Source: Actinomycetes bacterium
Lineage (GTDB): Bacteria > Actinomycetota > Actinomycetes > Prado026
Direction of reading: 5' to 3'
Length of the DNA stretch: 34,799 nt
Assembly (NCBI GenBank): GCA_025455945.1
Contig: JALOLN010000002.1
Location: forward strand, 1 to 34,799
This document shows positions 8,744-19,048 of this stretch, in pieces. Under the pieces are notes generated by a model. That model was not told the origin of the DNA. It worked only from the letters and a program-made list of their open reading frames with translations, and did not search any database. A program made the translations under genes and the position numbers. Position 1 is the stretch's first letter. Each line of letters opens with the position of its first letter.

Positions 8744-8749
8744 AGGGTA
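8744..8749 (-). promoter_or_regulatory. Candidate -10 box (TACCCT), 6 nt upstream of the dop ATG (leaderless)
   Basis: The minus strand reads gcgccTACCCTcggagcATG inside the 46-bp arc-dop spacer. Confidence 0.35.
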
Positions 8750-8783
8750 GGCGCCCGGGTGCGCCGAGGCGCCCCGGGGACGG

Positions 8784-10451
8784 CTACAGGTACTGGCCGG
8801 TGTTGGCGACGGTGTCGATCGACCGGCCCGCCTCGGTGCCCTTCTTGCCCTGGACCAGGGTGCGGATGAAGACGATCCGCTCGCCCTTCTTGCCGGAGAT
8901 CCGCGCCCAGTCGTCGGGGTTGGTCGTGTTCGGCAGGTCCTCGTTCTCCTTGAACTCGTCGAGGCAGGCGTCGAGCAGGTGGGACACGCGGATCCCCCGC
9001 TGGCCGCGGTCGAGGAAGTCCTTGATGGCCATCTTCTTGGCCCGCGAGACGATGTTCTCGATCATCGCCCCGGAGTTGAAGTCCTTGAAGTAGAGGATCT
9101 CCTTGTCCCCGCCGGCGTACGTCACCTCGAGGAACTGGTTCTCCTCGGACTCGGCGTACATCGTCTCCACGGCGCGCTGGATCATCGCCGTCACGGTGGC
9201 CTCCGGCGACCCGCCGTGCTCGGCGACGTCGTCGGCGTGCAGGGGGAGGTCCGGCAGGAGGTACTTGGAGAAGATGTCCCGGGCCGCCTCGGCGTCCGGC
9301 CGCTCGATCTTGATCTTCACGTCGAGGCGGCCGGGCCGCAGGATCGCCGGGTCGATCATGTCCTCGCGGTTGGACGCACCGATGACGATGACGTTCTCGA
9401 GGCCCTCGACGCCGTCGATCTCGCTGAGCAGCTGCGGCACGATCGTGTTCTCGACGTCGGAGGAGACGCCCGACCCGCGGGTACGGAACAGCGAGTCCAT
9501 CTCGTCGAAGAACACGATCACCGGGTTGCCCTCGGTGGCCTTCTCCCGGGCCCGCTGGAACACCAGCCGGATGTGCCGCTCGGTCTCACCGACGTACTTG
9601 TTGAGCAGCTCGGGGCCCTTGATGTTGAGGAAGAAGGACCGGCCCTCCTTCTGGCCGCTGCGCTCGGCGACCTTCTTGGCCAGCGAGTTCGCCACGGCCT
9701 TCGCGATCAGTGTCTTGCCGCAGCCGGGCGGGCCGTAGAGCAGGATCCCCTTCGGGGGGGCCAGCCGGTGCTCGCGGAACAGGTCGGGGTGCAGGTACGG
9801 CAGCTCGACCGCGTCGCGGATCTGCTCGATCTGTGAGGCGAGCCCGCCGATCCCGGTGTAGTCGATGTCCGGGACCTCCTCGAGCACCAGCTCCTCGACC
9901 TCGGACTTGGGGATCCGCTCGTACACGTACCCCGAGCGGGTCTCCAGCAGCAGCGAGTCGCCGGCCCGCAGCGGGGAGTCGGCCAGGGTGTCGGCGAGGC
10001 GGACCACGCGCTCCTCGTCGGCGTGCCCGATGACGAGGGCGCGCTCGCCGTCCTCGAGCACCTCCTTGAACATCACGACCTCGCCGACCCGCTCGAAGCC
10101 GAGCGCTGCGATCACGTTGAGCGCCTCGTTGAGCATGACCTCCTGGCCGCGGCGCAGCGCCTCGACGTCGAGGTCCGGGCTGACCGCGACCCGCAGCTTG
10201 CGGCCACCGGTGAAGATGTCCACGGAGTCGTCGTCGTGGCGCTCCAGGAAGACCCCGAAGCCGGACGGCGGCTGCGCCAGCCGGTCGATCTCCTCGCGCA
10301 GCGCCACGAGCTGGTCACGCGCCTCGCGCAAGGTGGCGGCGAGCCGCTGGTTCTGCCCGGTGACCGCAGCGAGCTCGGCCTCACGCGCGGCCAGGCGCTC
10401 CTGAAGGGCGCGCAGCTGCGCGGCCCGGCTCTCCTCGTCGTACGCCGTCAT
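8784..10451 (-). CDS. arc: Proteasome-associated AAA+ ATPase ARC/Mpa
   Basis: 555 aa counted from ATG 10451, preceded by AGGAGG; the track ORF starts 24 codons earlier. It has an N-terminal coiled coil, Walker A GPPGCGKT and the C-terminal docking tail ...NTGQYL. Confidence 0.95.
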   Translation of the reverse strand: MTAYDEESRAAQLRALQERLAAREAELAAVTGQNQRLAATLREARDQLVALREEIDRLAQPPSGFGVFLERHDDDSVDIFTGGRKLRVAVSPDLDVEALRRGQEVMLNEALNVIAALGFERVGEVVMFKEVLEDGERALVIGHADEERVVRLADTLADSPLRAGDSLLLETRSGYVYERIPKSEVEELVLEEVPDIDYTGIGGLASQIEQIRDAVELPYLHPDLFREHRLAPPKGILLYGPPGCGKTLIAKAVANSLAKKVAERSGQKEGRSFFLNIKGPELLNKYVGETERHIRLVFQRAREKATEGNPVIVFFDEMDSLFRTRGSGVSSDVENTIVPQLLSEIDGVEGLENVIVIGASNREDMIDPAILRPGRLDVKIKIERPDAEAARDIFSKYLLPDLPLHADDVAEHGGSPEATVTAMIQRAVETMYAESEENQFLEVTYAGGDKEILYFKDFNSGAMIENIVSRAKKMAIKDFLDRGQRGIRVSHLLDACLDEFKENEDLPNTTNPDDWARISGKKGERIVFIRTLVQGKKGTEAGRSIDTVANTGQYL

Positions 10452-10483
10452 GCTGCCACCTCCTGCGGGTGCGACGGATTCGA

Positions 10484-10489
10484 CCCTAC
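10484..10489 (-). promoter_or_regulatory. Candidate -10 box (TAGGGT) for arc
   Basis: The minus strand reads gGGTAGGGTCgaat. It would give a leader of about 26 nt that includes the AGGAGG SD. Confidence 0.3.
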
Positions 10490-10581
10490 CCGCGCCGTCG
10501 CAGATCGCTACTCCGATGCGCACTTGTGTCGGCAGAAGTGGACGCCGACCCGAGCAGCACGGGGTGAGCAGTCGCCGCAGG

Positions 10582-10587
10582 TAGGGT
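10582..10587 (+). promoter_or_regulatory. Candidate -10 box (TAGGGT), 6 nt upstream of the CPBP GTG (leaderless)
   Basis: The plus strand reads gcagGTAGGGTcacgccGTG. Confidence 0.35.
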
Positions 10588-10593
10588 CACGCC

Positions 10594-11340
10594 GTGCGCG
10601 CGCTGCTCGGCCGGGGGCTGGACGCCGAGCTGCCCGATCCGCTGGCGCCGCCGCCGGGCGCGGCGCCGTGGGAGCTCGCGGTCCTGGCGCTGGTGGTCGG
10701 GGCCAACCTCGGCCAGAACCGGGTCTTCCCGGACGCGTGGCACCTGCTGACCGGCCCGCTGCTCGCTCTGGGGGCGGTCCTCCTGGCCCGGCGGTCAGGA
10801 GCGTCCTGGGCCCTGCTGGGGCTCTCCTCGGATCGCGTCGGGACCGGGGTGCGCCTGGGCGCCGCGGCGCTGGGCGTCGTGGCCGCGGTCGTGCTCGCGG
10901 CGGCCCTGGTGCCCGGGCTGCGGGACGCCTTCGCCGACGACCGAGTGGTGGACGCCGCCACGGCCACCGTGCTCTACGAGGCCCTCGTCCGGGTCCCGAT
11001 CGCCACCGCGCTGACCGAGGAGGTGCTGTTCCGCGGCGTGGGCCACGGCCTGCTCGCCCGCCGCTTCGGCGCCGGCCGGGCGACCCTCCTTGGCGCCGTC
11101 GCCTTCGGGTGCTGGCACGTGCTCCCGACACTGGCCTCCGCCCGCGGCAACGCCGTCACCGAGCAGGCCACCGGCCTGGCACTCGTCGGTGTGGTCGCCG
11201 GTGTCGTCCTGGCCACCACGGTGGCCGGGCTGCTGTTCACCTGGCTGCGCCGCCGCAGCGGCAGCGTCGTGGCGCCCTGGCTGGCCCACGTGGGCACCAA
11301 CTCGGTGACCCTGCTCGTCGCGCTGTCCGTCGCCGGCTGA
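10594..11340 (+). CDS. CPBP family intramembrane glutamic endopeptidase (CAAX/Abi type)
   Basis: 248 aa and polytopic. Motifs are TEEVLFRG (EExxxR), FGCWH and a late H (AHVGTN). Confidence 0.8.
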   Translation: MRALLGRGLDAELPDPLAPPPGAAPWELAVLALVVGANLGQNRVFPDAWHLLTGPLLALGAVLLARRSGASWALLGLSSDRVGTGVRLGAAALGVVAAVVLAAALVPGLRDAFADDRVVDAATATVLYEALVRVPIATALTEEVLFRGVGHGLLARRFGAGRATLLGAVAFGCWHVLPTLASARGNAVTEQATGLALVGVVAGVVLATTVAGLLFTWLRRRSGSVVAPWLAHVGTNSVTLLVALSVAG

Positions 11341-11358
11341 TCGCGCCAGCTCGCCCGG

Positions 11359-11865
11359 TCAGGCGCCGACCGGCTCCAGCGTGCCGTCCCCGACCGCCCA
11401 GGTGCGCACGACGGTCCGGTCGGGGCAGCACCGCGGCACGTCCGGGGCGCTGAAGCCGTCCGCCGTGACCGTCACCGCGTCGTCGGTGACGGCCAGGTGC
11501 GGCAGGACGAGGTCCAAGGTGTCCGGGACCAGCGTCGCGGCCAGCTGCGCCCCGGCGTCGCCGGCCCGCACGAGGAACACCCCCGACGGTGGGTTGCCCG
11601 CTCCGGCGTCGCACCGGGCCGCCACCAGCAGCGCCGGGTCGTCGAGCGTGCGGGGGGCCGGCTCCTGCGCGTCGACGACGACGCCCAGGTCGTCCGGGCA
11701 GTCCAGCGCGGGGGCGAGGACGGCCGAGAGCTCCGCCCCCGACAGGGTGGGGCGGCCGGCCGGCTCCGGCGTGCCGCCGCGGGCCGGGCCGACGAGCATC
11801 GCCACGACGGCGACGGCGAGCACGACGGCGACGGCCATCGGCAGGGAGACACTGCGCGCACTCAT
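11359..11865 (-). CDS. Hypothetical secreted or membrane-anchored Cys-containing protein
   Basis: The track ORF (330 aa) was trimmed to ATG 11865, giving 168 aa. The N-terminal hydrophobic segment is MSARSVSLPMAVAVVLAVAVVAMLV. There are 4 Cys and high GC3. No family was recognised. Confidence 0.6.
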   Translation of the reverse strand: MSARSVSLPMAVAVVLAVAVVAMLVGPARGGTPEPAGRPTLSGAELSAVLAPALDCPDDLGVVVDAQEPAPRTLDDPALLVAARCDAGAGNPPSGVFLVRAGDAGAQLAATLVPDTLDLVLPHLAVTDDAVTVTADGFSAPDVPRCCPDRTVVRTWAVGDGTLEPVGA

Positions 11866-11954
11866 CGGCCAGACTCGGACAATCTGCTCATTCCCGCTAT
11901 CTCGGGCGTCACGGCACGGGCTGACCATACCTCGGTGGCAGCCCCGGGCCGTGG

Positions 11955-12878
<924 letters not shown>

Positions 12879-14000
12879 TCACCCACGGCTGAGCGCGGCT
12901 TCGACGTCGGCGGTCGACAGCACGCCGCGGACGGCGCCGTCCGGCTCCACGACGAGGTACTCGGTGGCCGGGGACCGCCGCAGGGCGGTCAGCAGGCCCT
13001 CCCCGACCAGGTCGGAGCGGACGACGAGCTCCGGCTCCAGCCGGCGGGAGACGTCACCGACCGACACCCACGGCCGCCGCCCCGGTGGGGTGGCGGTGAC
13101 GGCTGCTTCGCTCACCAGGCCGGTGGGACGGCCGTCGGAGCCCGTGACGACCAGCGCGCGGGCGTCGGACTCGCCCAGCCGCCGCAGCGCCTCCGCGAGC
13201 GGGACGTCGACGGCCACCGGCAGCGCCGGTCGCACCAGGCCCAGCACCGTGAGCCGCGGCAGCCGGGCCCGCACCCGGGCCGAGCGCAGCGCCTGGGTCG
13301 AGCCGGACCAGAGGAAGAACCCGATGACCGCGCCCCACACGACGAGGAACGGGTCGGGCGCGCGGTCGGCGGCCCAGGGCACCAGCAGCGGCAGCGCGAC
13401 GGTCGCCACGGCGACGAGGCGCCCGGCCCAGCCCGCGACCACGGTGCCGGTGAGCTCGCGTCCGGTGACCCGCCATACGAGTGCGGCGAGCATGCTGCCG
13501 CCGTCCAGCGGCAGGCCCGGCAGCAGGTTGTAGACCCCGACGACGAGGTTGGCCATCGTCACCTGGAACAGCAGCAGCTGGGCGAGGGAGCCCGGGCCGG
13601 TCACCGCCAGCCCGAGCCAGCCCAGGCCGGCCAGCACGAGCGTGGCCGCGGGTCCCGCCGCCGACACCGCGAACTCCCGCCCGGGCGTCCCCGCAGGCCG
13701 CTCGAGCGCGGTCACCCCCCCGAGCATGTAGAGCGTGATCGAGCGGACCGGCAGGCCGAACCTGCGCGCCACGGCCGCGTGCGCGAGCTCGTGCACGAGG
13801 ATCGACAGGTACAGCAGGGCCGCGAACCCGGCGGCGAGGAGGTACTTGCTGGAGCCGACCGCCGGGTCGAAGTCCTCCACAAGCGGGACGAACGCGAAGG
13901 CGAGCAGCCCTGCGGTGAGAAACAGCGACGGGTGGGCGAAGATCGGGATGCCGAGGAAGCGCCCGACCCGCAGGCCGTCACCCGCGGCTGTCCCGTCCAC
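12879..14000 (-). CDS. Site-2 protease family (M50) zinc metalloprotease with C-terminal CBS-like region
   Basis: 373 aa with HELAHA in a TM helix and LPGLPLDGG. The cytoplasmic C-terminal half looks like a CBS pair. GTG start. Confidence 0.82.
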   Translation of the reverse strand: MDGTAAGDGLRVGRFLGIPIFAHPSLFLTAGLLAFAFVPLVEDFDPAVGSSKYLLAAGFAALLYLSILVHELAHAAVARRFGLPVRSITLYMLGGVTALERPAGTPGREFAVSAAGPAATLVLAGLGWLGLAVTGPGSLAQLLLFQVTMANLVVGVYNLLPGLPLDGGSMLAALVWRVTGRELTGTVVAGWAGRLVAVATVALPLLVPWAADRAPDPFLVVWGAVIGFFLWSGSTQALRSARVRARLPRLTVLGLVRPALPVAVDVPLAEALRRLGESDARALVVTGSDGRPTGLVSEAAVTATPPGRRPWVSVGDVSRRLEPELVVRSDLVGEGLLTALRRSPATEYLVVEPDGAVRGVLSTADVEAALSRG

Positions 14001-14006
14001 CGGCCG

Positions 14007-14012
14007 ATCCTA
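14007..14012 (-). promoter_or_regulatory. Candidate -10 box (TAGGAT), 6 nt upstream of the M50 GTG (leaderless)
   Basis: The minus strand reads gcggcTAGGATcggccgGTG. Confidence 0.35.
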
Positions 14013-14046
14013 GCCGCGGCCGCGGGGAACCGTCGGTGGCCTCGCC

Positions 14047-14052
14047 TACAGT
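14047..14052 (+). promoter_or_regulatory. Candidate -10 box (TACAGT), 6 nt upstream of the nuclease ATG (leaderless)
   Basis: The plus strand reads cgccTACAGTcggttcATG. Confidence 0.35.
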
Positions 14053-14058
14053 CGGTTC

Positions 14059-14970
14059 ATGCCCGACACCCCTCCCCCGGCGGCCGCCCCGGCTGTCGTC
14101 GGGTCGCTGTCGCCGTCCCGGGCGGGCGACTTCATGGCCTGCCCGCTGCTGTACCGGTTCCGGGTGATCGACCAGTTCCCCGAGGCGCCCAGTGCCGCCG
14201 CCACGAGGGGCACGGTCGTGCACGCAGTCCTCGAGCGGCTGTTCGACCTGCCGGCACCCGAGCGCACGCTCGACGCCGCCCTCGAGCTGGTGGGACCGCA
14301 GTGGCAGGCCCTCCTCGAGGCCGAGCCCGAGCTCGCCGCGCTGCTCGACGGCGAGGCGGCCGGGAGCGGCCCGGACGGCGACCTGCCGGCCTTCCTCGCC
14401 GACGCGACCGACCTGCTCCGACGGTACTTCGCGCTGGAGGACCCCACCCGCCTGGAGCCGGCCGAGCGCGAGCTGCACGTGACCACGGTGCTCGAGTCGG
14501 GGCTGGCGCTGCGCGGCTACCTGGACCGGCTCGACGTCGCCCCCAGCGGTGACCTGCGGGTCGTCGACTACAAGACCGGCAAGGCGCCCCCGCCCGGGTT
14601 CGAGGGCAAGGCGATGTTCCAGATGCGGTTCTACGCGCTCGTGCTGTGGCGCCTGCGCGGCCGCGTGCCGCGGCAGCTCCAGCTGCTCTACCTCGGCAAC
14701 GGCGAGCGGCTGCACTACGAGCCGGACGAGGCGGACCTGCTCGCCACCGAGCGCAAGGTGCACGCCCTGTGGCGGGCGATCAGCGCGGCCACCGAGCGTG
14801 GTGACTTCCGGCCCAACCCGTCCCGGCTGTGCGAGTGGTGCGACCACCGGCAGCGGTGCCCGGCGCAGGGGGGTGTGCTGCCGCCCTTGCCGGCGGGGCC
14901 CTTGCCGCTGGGGGTCGACGCCGACACCGACGAGCTGCCATCCCCGAGCTCCCCCCTCGACGAGGTCTGA
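14059..14970 (+). CDS. PD-(D/E)XK RecB-family nuclease with Cas4/AddB-like Fe-S cysteines (Rv2119-like)
   Basis: 303 aa with DRLD ... VVDYKTGK ... QMRFYAL. The Cys pattern is an N-terminal C (FMACPLLY) plus a C-terminal CEWCDHRQRC. Confidence 0.8.
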   Translation: MPDTPPPAAAPAVVGSLSPSRAGDFMACPLLYRFRVIDQFPEAPSAAATRGTVVHAVLERLFDLPAPERTLDAALELVGPQWQALLEAEPELAALLDGEAAGSGPDGDLPAFLADATDLLRRYFALEDPTRLEPAERELHVTTVLESGLALRGYLDRLDVAPSGDLRVVDYKTGKAPPPGFEGKAMFQMRFYALVLWRLRGRVPRQLQLLYLGNGERLHYEPDEADLLATERKVHALWRAISAATERGDFRPNPSRLCEWCDHRQRCPAQGGVLPPLPAGPLPLGVDADTDELPSPSSPLDEV

Positions 14971-15028
14971 GGGTCCGGTGCGGGTCGGGCCGGGGGAAAC
15001 CCCGACGACCGCGCCATCGTCCCGCGCC

Positions 15029-15034
15029 TAGGGT
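15029..15034 (+). promoter_or_regulatory. Candidate -10 box (TAGGGT) for the ABC transporter operon
   Basis: The plus strand reads cgccTAGGGTgagact, followed by the SD GAAGGAG 7 nt before GTG 15064. Confidence 0.3.
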
Positions 15035-15063
15035 GAGACTCCCCGGCCACGAAGGAGCAGCTC

Positions 15064-15843
15064 GTGACGACCAGTCCCAGCCCCGCCGCCCCCTCGGCAG
15101 CGGCGCGTGCCGAGCGTCTCACCAAGGTCTACGGCGAGGGCGAGACCCGTGTCGTCGCCCTCGACGAGGTGTCGGTGGACCTGGCCAGCGGTGCCTTCAC
15201 CGCGATCATGGGACCGTCCGGGTCGGGCAAGTCCACCCTGATGCACTGCCTCGCCGGGCTCGACTCGGCCACGTCCGGCCGGGTGTTCCTCGGCGAGACC
15301 GACCTGACGACGCTGGACGACAACGCCCTGACCCGGCTGCGCCGCGACCAGGTGGGGTTCGTCTTCCAGGCCTTCAACCTGCTCCCCACGCTGACCGCGC
15401 TGGAGAACATCACGCTGCCCATGGACATCGCCGGGCGGACGCCGGACCGGGAGTGGCTCGACCACGTCATCGACACGATCGGGCTGCGCGACCGCCTGCG
15501 GCACCGGCCGAACGAGCTCTCCGGGGGTCAGCAGCAGCGGGTGGCCGTCGCCCGGGCGCTGGCCAGCCGACCGGTGGCGATCTTCGCCGACGAGCCGACC
15601 GGCAACCTCGACTCGCACTCGGGGGCGGAGGTGCTGGGCTTCCTGCGCGACTCGGTGGACCGGCTCTCCCAGACCGTGGTGATGGTGACCCACGACCCCA
15701 ACGCCGCGTCGTACGCGGACCGGGTGGTGTTCCTCGGCGACGGACAGGTCGTCGACGAGATCGCCGACCCCAGCTCGGAGCGGGTGCTCGAGCGGATGAA
15801 GCGCTTCGACGGCAGCCGCGGGCAGCACGGCCAGGAGGGCTGA
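15064..15843 (+). CDS. ABC transporter ATP-binding protein (MacB/LolD-type)
   Basis: 259 aa with Walker A GPSGSGKST, signature LSGGQQQR and Walker B IFADEPT. Confidence 0.92.
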   Translation: MTTSPSPAAPSAAARAERLTKVYGEGETRVVALDEVSVDLASGAFTAIMGPSGSGKSTLMHCLAGLDSATSGRVFLGETDLTTLDDNALTRLRRDQVGFVFQAFNLLPTLTALENITLPMDIAGRTPDREWLDHVIDTIGLRDRLRHRPNELSGGQQQRVAVARALASRPVAIFADEPTGNLDSHSGAEVLGFLRDSVDRLSQTVVMVTHDPNAASYADRVVFLGDGQVVDEIADPSSERVLERMKRFDGSRGQHGQEG

Positions 15844-15846
15844 GCG

Positions 15847-18369
15847 GTGCTCCGCGCCACCTTGCGCAGCCTCGCTGCGCACAAGCTGCGGCTGCTGCTC
15901 TCCGGGGTCGCCGTCGTCCTCGGCGTCGCCTTCGTGGCGGGCACGCTGGTGTTCACCGACACGCTGCAGCGCACCTTCGAGCAGCTGTTCACCCAAACCA
16001 CCACCGACGTCGTGGTCACCCCCGAGCAGGAGTTCCAGGACACCAGCGGCCTGGGCGGGGTGACCGCCACCCTGCCGGCCGACCTGGTCGACACCGTCCG
16101 CGGGGTCGACGGCATGGCCAAGGCCGAGGGCATCGTGTTCACGGCCGGCGTGACCATCATCGGCTCGGACGGCGAGCCGGTGGGCGTCATGGGGGCCCCC
16201 GCCTTCGGCAGCAACTGGTCCGACGACCCCGACCTCAGCCCCTACCGGCTGACCGACGGCCGCGGCCCCGCGGCCGAGGGGGAGGTGGCCATCGACTCGC
16301 AGAGTGCCGAGACCGGCGGCCTGGCCGTCGGGGACCCGGTCACGCTGATCACCCCCGGCCCACGGGTCACCGCCGAGGTCGTCGGGGTGTTCCGCTACGG
16401 CACCTCCGGCAACCTCGCCGGCGCCTCGATCGCCGCGTTCAGCACCGCGGCGGCGCAGCAGCTGCTGCCCGAGCCGGGCTTCACCTCGATCGAGGGCATG
16501 GCGGCCGAGGGCGTCAGCCAGGAGGAGCTCGCCGCGCGGGTGCAGGCCGCCCTGCCGGCCGGGGTCCGGGTGCAGACCGGAGCCGAGGTGGCCGACGAGC
16601 AGGCGGCCGCGCTGACCGAGGGCCTGCAGTTCATCAACGTCTTCCTGCTCGTCTTCGCCTTCGTGGCCCTCTTCGTGGGGACCTTCCTCATCCTCAACAC
16701 CTTCTCGATGCTCGTCGCACAGCGGACCCGCGAGCTGGCGCTGCTGCGGGCGGTGGGCGCCACCCGCGCCCAGGTGACCCGCTCGGTGCTCGGCGAGGCG
16801 GCGATCGTCGGGCTCCTCGGCGGCCTGACCGGCCTGGGCGTGGGCATCTTGCTGGCGGTCCTGCTGCAGCGGCTCTTCGCGCTGATCGGGTTCGAGCTCC
16901 CCAGCGAGGGGCTCGTCGTCGCTCCCCGCACGGTCCTCGTCGCGGTGCTGCTCGGCCTCGTCACCACTGTCGTCGCGGCCTACCTGCCGGCCCGTCGGGC
17001 GTCGCGGACGCCGCCCGTCGCGGCCATGCGCTCCGACGTCGCCCTGCCCGCCCGGTCGCTGCACCGGCGGGCGATCGCGGGCTCGGTCCTGTTCCTCGGC
17101 GGCGTGGCGGCGCTGGCCTCGAGCCCTGCCGCGGAGGGGCGGCAGGCGGCGGCCCTGGTCGGCCTGGGCGCCCTGCTCTGCCTCGTCGGCGCGATCGTGC
17201 TGGGGCCGGTCGCCGCCCGGCCGGCCGTGCGCCTGATCGGCGCGGTGTTCGCCCGCTCGGCGACCGGCCGGATCGCGGTGCAGAACGCGGGGCGCAACCC
17301 GCGCCGGACGGCCACGACGGCCGTGGCGCTGATGATCGGCCTGACCCTCGTCACGGCCTTCGGGGTCCTGGGCGCGTCGACCACGGCCTCCACCGACGCG
17401 GTGATCGACGACGTCGTCCGCACCGACTACCTGGTCAGCTCACGCAACTTCCTGCCGTTCACCCCCGAGGTCGCCACCGCCGTGGCCGAGGTGGACGGCG
17501 TCGGCCTGGTCTCGGCGGTGCGGGTCGCCCCGGCCCTGGTCGACGGGGCGCAGACGGTCATGACCGGCGTCGACCCGGCGACCATCGCCGACGTGCTCGC
17601 CCTCGAGCTCACGCAGGGGTCGCTGGCCGACCTCGAGGGCGGCGGGCTGCTCGTCGACGACGGCCAGGCCGTCGACCTGGGCTACCGGCTCGGGCAGCAG
17701 GTCCCGGTGGCCTTCCAGACCGGCCCGACGTCGCTGCGCGTGGTCGGGACGTACGCGTCGACGGGTGGGTTCTCCGGCTACGTCGTGGCCAGCAGCACCC
17801 TCGACGAGGCGGGGCTCACCCCGTTGGACCAGGCCCTGTACGTCCAGGCCTCCCCCGGCACGGACGCGGCCGGCCTGCGCCCCGCCCTGGAGACCGCCAT
17901 CGAGCCCTTCCCGGTCGTCCAGCTGCAGGACCAGACCGAGTTCAAGGCCCAGATCCGCCAGCAGGTCAACCAGCTGCTCACGCTGATCTACGCGCTGCTC
18001 GGCCTCGCCGTCCTGATCGCCGTGCTCGGCATCGTCAACACCCTCGTGCTGTCCGTGGTCGAGCGGACCCGGGAGATCGGCCTGCTCCGCGCCGTGGGCA
18101 CGACACGCCGTCAGCTGCGGGGCATGATCCGGGTCGAGTCGGTCGTCATCGCGGTGTTCGGCGCGATGCTCGGCATCGTCCTCGGTCTCGGCTTCGGCGT
18201 CGCGCTGCAGCGGGCCATCGCCGACCAGGGGATCCGCGTCCTGAGTATCCCGTGGGGGCTGCTCGTCGCCTTCTTCGTCGTCTCCGGCGTCGTCGGCGTG
18301 CTCGCTGCCCTCTGGCCGGCCCGCCGAGCGGCCCGGCTGGACGTGCTGCAGGCCGTCACGACGGAGTAG
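15847..18369 (+). CDS. ABC transporter permease with duplicated FtsX/MacB-type domains
   Basis: 840 aa. It consists of two repeats of TM1, a large extracytoplasmic domain and three TMs. GTG start 3 nt after the ATPase stop. Confidence 0.88.
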   Translation: MLRATLRSLAAHKLRLLLSGVAVVLGVAFVAGTLVFTDTLQRTFEQLFTQTTTDVVVTPEQEFQDTSGLGGVTATLPADLVDTVRGVDGMAKAEGIVFTAGVTIIGSDGEPVGVMGAPAFGSNWSDDPDLSPYRLTDGRGPAAEGEVAIDSQSAETGGLAVGDPVTLITPGPRVTAEVVGVFRYGTSGNLAGASIAAFSTAAAQQLLPEPGFTSIEGMAAEGVSQEELAARVQAALPAGVRVQTGAEVADEQAAALTEGLQFINVFLLVFAFVALFVGTFLILNTFSMLVAQRTRELALLRAVGATRAQVTRSVLGEAAIVGLLGGLTGLGVGILLAVLLQRLFALIGFELPSEGLVVAPRTVLVAVLLGLVTTVVAAYLPARRASRTPPVAAMRSDVALPARSLHRRAIAGSVLFLGGVAALASSPAAEGRQAAALVGLGALLCLVGAIVLGPVAARPAVRLIGAVFARSATGRIAVQNAGRNPRRTATTAVALMIGLTLVTAFGVLGASTTASTDAVIDDVVRTDYLVSSRNFLPFTPEVATAVAEVDGVGLVSAVRVAPALVDGAQTVMTGVDPATIADVLALELTQGSLADLEGGGLLVDDGQAVDLGYRLGQQVPVAFQTGPTSLRVVGTYASTGGFSGYVVASSTLDEAGLTPLDQALYVQASPGTDAAGLRPALETAIEPFPVVQLQDQTEFKAQIRQQVNQLLTLIYALLGLAVLIAVLGIVNTLVLSVVERTREIGLLRAVGTTRRQLRGMIRVESVVIAVFGAMLGIVLGLGFGVALQRAIADQGIRVLSIPWGLLVAFFVVSGVVGVLAALWPARRAARLDVLQAVTTE

Positions 18370-19048
18370 CGGACGCCCCTCCCACCAGGGCGCGCAGCCG
18401 GGCGGCGTCAATCTCGGCGAGGGAGGTGACGACGTGCCGGCCGGGGGCCGGCTCGATCGGCACGGCGAACGGCACCGCCACGACGACGCAGCCCGCCCGC
18501 TCCGCGGCGGTCACGCCCACCGGGCTGTCCTCCAGGACGACGCACCGGGCCGGGTCGGCGCCGAGCCGGGCGGCCGCGGCGAGGTACGGGTCGGGGTGCG
18601 GCTTCTGCCGCGGCACCTCGTCGCCCGCGACCGTGATCGTGAAGTGGTCCCCGCCCACCGATGCCAGGACCGAGTCGACGAGCAGGCGGGGCGAGGAGGA
18701 CACCAGGCCGCAGGGCACGCCGTGGGCCACGAGGTCGTCGAGCAGCTCCGCAGCGCCTGGCCGGTGGTCGGCGCCCGCCGAGAGCAGCTCGGCCATCGTC
18801 GCGACCAGGTCGGCGGCGATCTCGTCGGGGTCCAGGTCTCCACCGACGCGCTGCGCCATGTACACGCCGACCCGGTGCAGCGGCCCCCCGACCATGGCGG
18901 ACTGCTCCTCCGGTGTCCACGGCTCCCCGCCGAGCCGGGCGACCACCCGCGCCTCCGCCACCCCCCACGCGTGCTCGGTGTCGACGAGCAGGCCGTCCAT
19001 GTCGAACAGGACGGCCTGCAACCCGCCCGCGGTGCCGTCAGCGGGCAT
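18356..19048 (-). CDS. HAD-superfamily hydrolase (beta-phosphoglucomutase/phosphatase subfamily)
   Basis: 230 aa with motif I VLFDMDGLLVDTE. The start overlaps the metH stop by 11 nt. The 3' end overlaps the convergent permease gene by 14 nt. Confidence 0.85.
   Translation of the reverse strand: MPADGTAGGLQAVLFDMDGLLVDTEHAWGVAEARVVARLGGEPWTPEEQSAMVGGPLHRVGVYMAQRVGGDLDPDEIAADLVATMAELLSAGADHRPGAAELLDDLVAHGVPCGLVSSSPRLLVDSVLASVGGDHFTITVAGDEVPRQKPHPDPYLAAAARLGADPARCVVLEDSPVGVTAAERAGCVVVAVPFAVPIEPAPGRHVVTSLAEIDAARLRALVGGASATPS

Noticed and set aside
10482-10588. A 9-bp inverted repeat, GACCCTACC ... GGTAGGGTC, about 90 bp apart in the arc/CPBP spacer. A neighbouring CCTGCGG/CCGCAGG pairing could sequester the arc SD.
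   Set aside because: The two pairings are not nestable as one hairpin. Each arm contains a TAGGGT -10-type box correctly placed for one of the two divergent genes. The same GGTAGGGTC string also precedes the LLM gene (30963-30971). The simplest reading is two divergent promoters rather than an operator or riboregulator.
14971-15010. A small hairpin, CGGGG-gaaa-CCCCG, just after the nuclease stop, considered as an intrinsic terminator.
   Set aside because: The stem is only 5 bp and there is no U-tract. It cannot be distinguished from chance GC-rich self-complementarity, so it is not listed as a feature.
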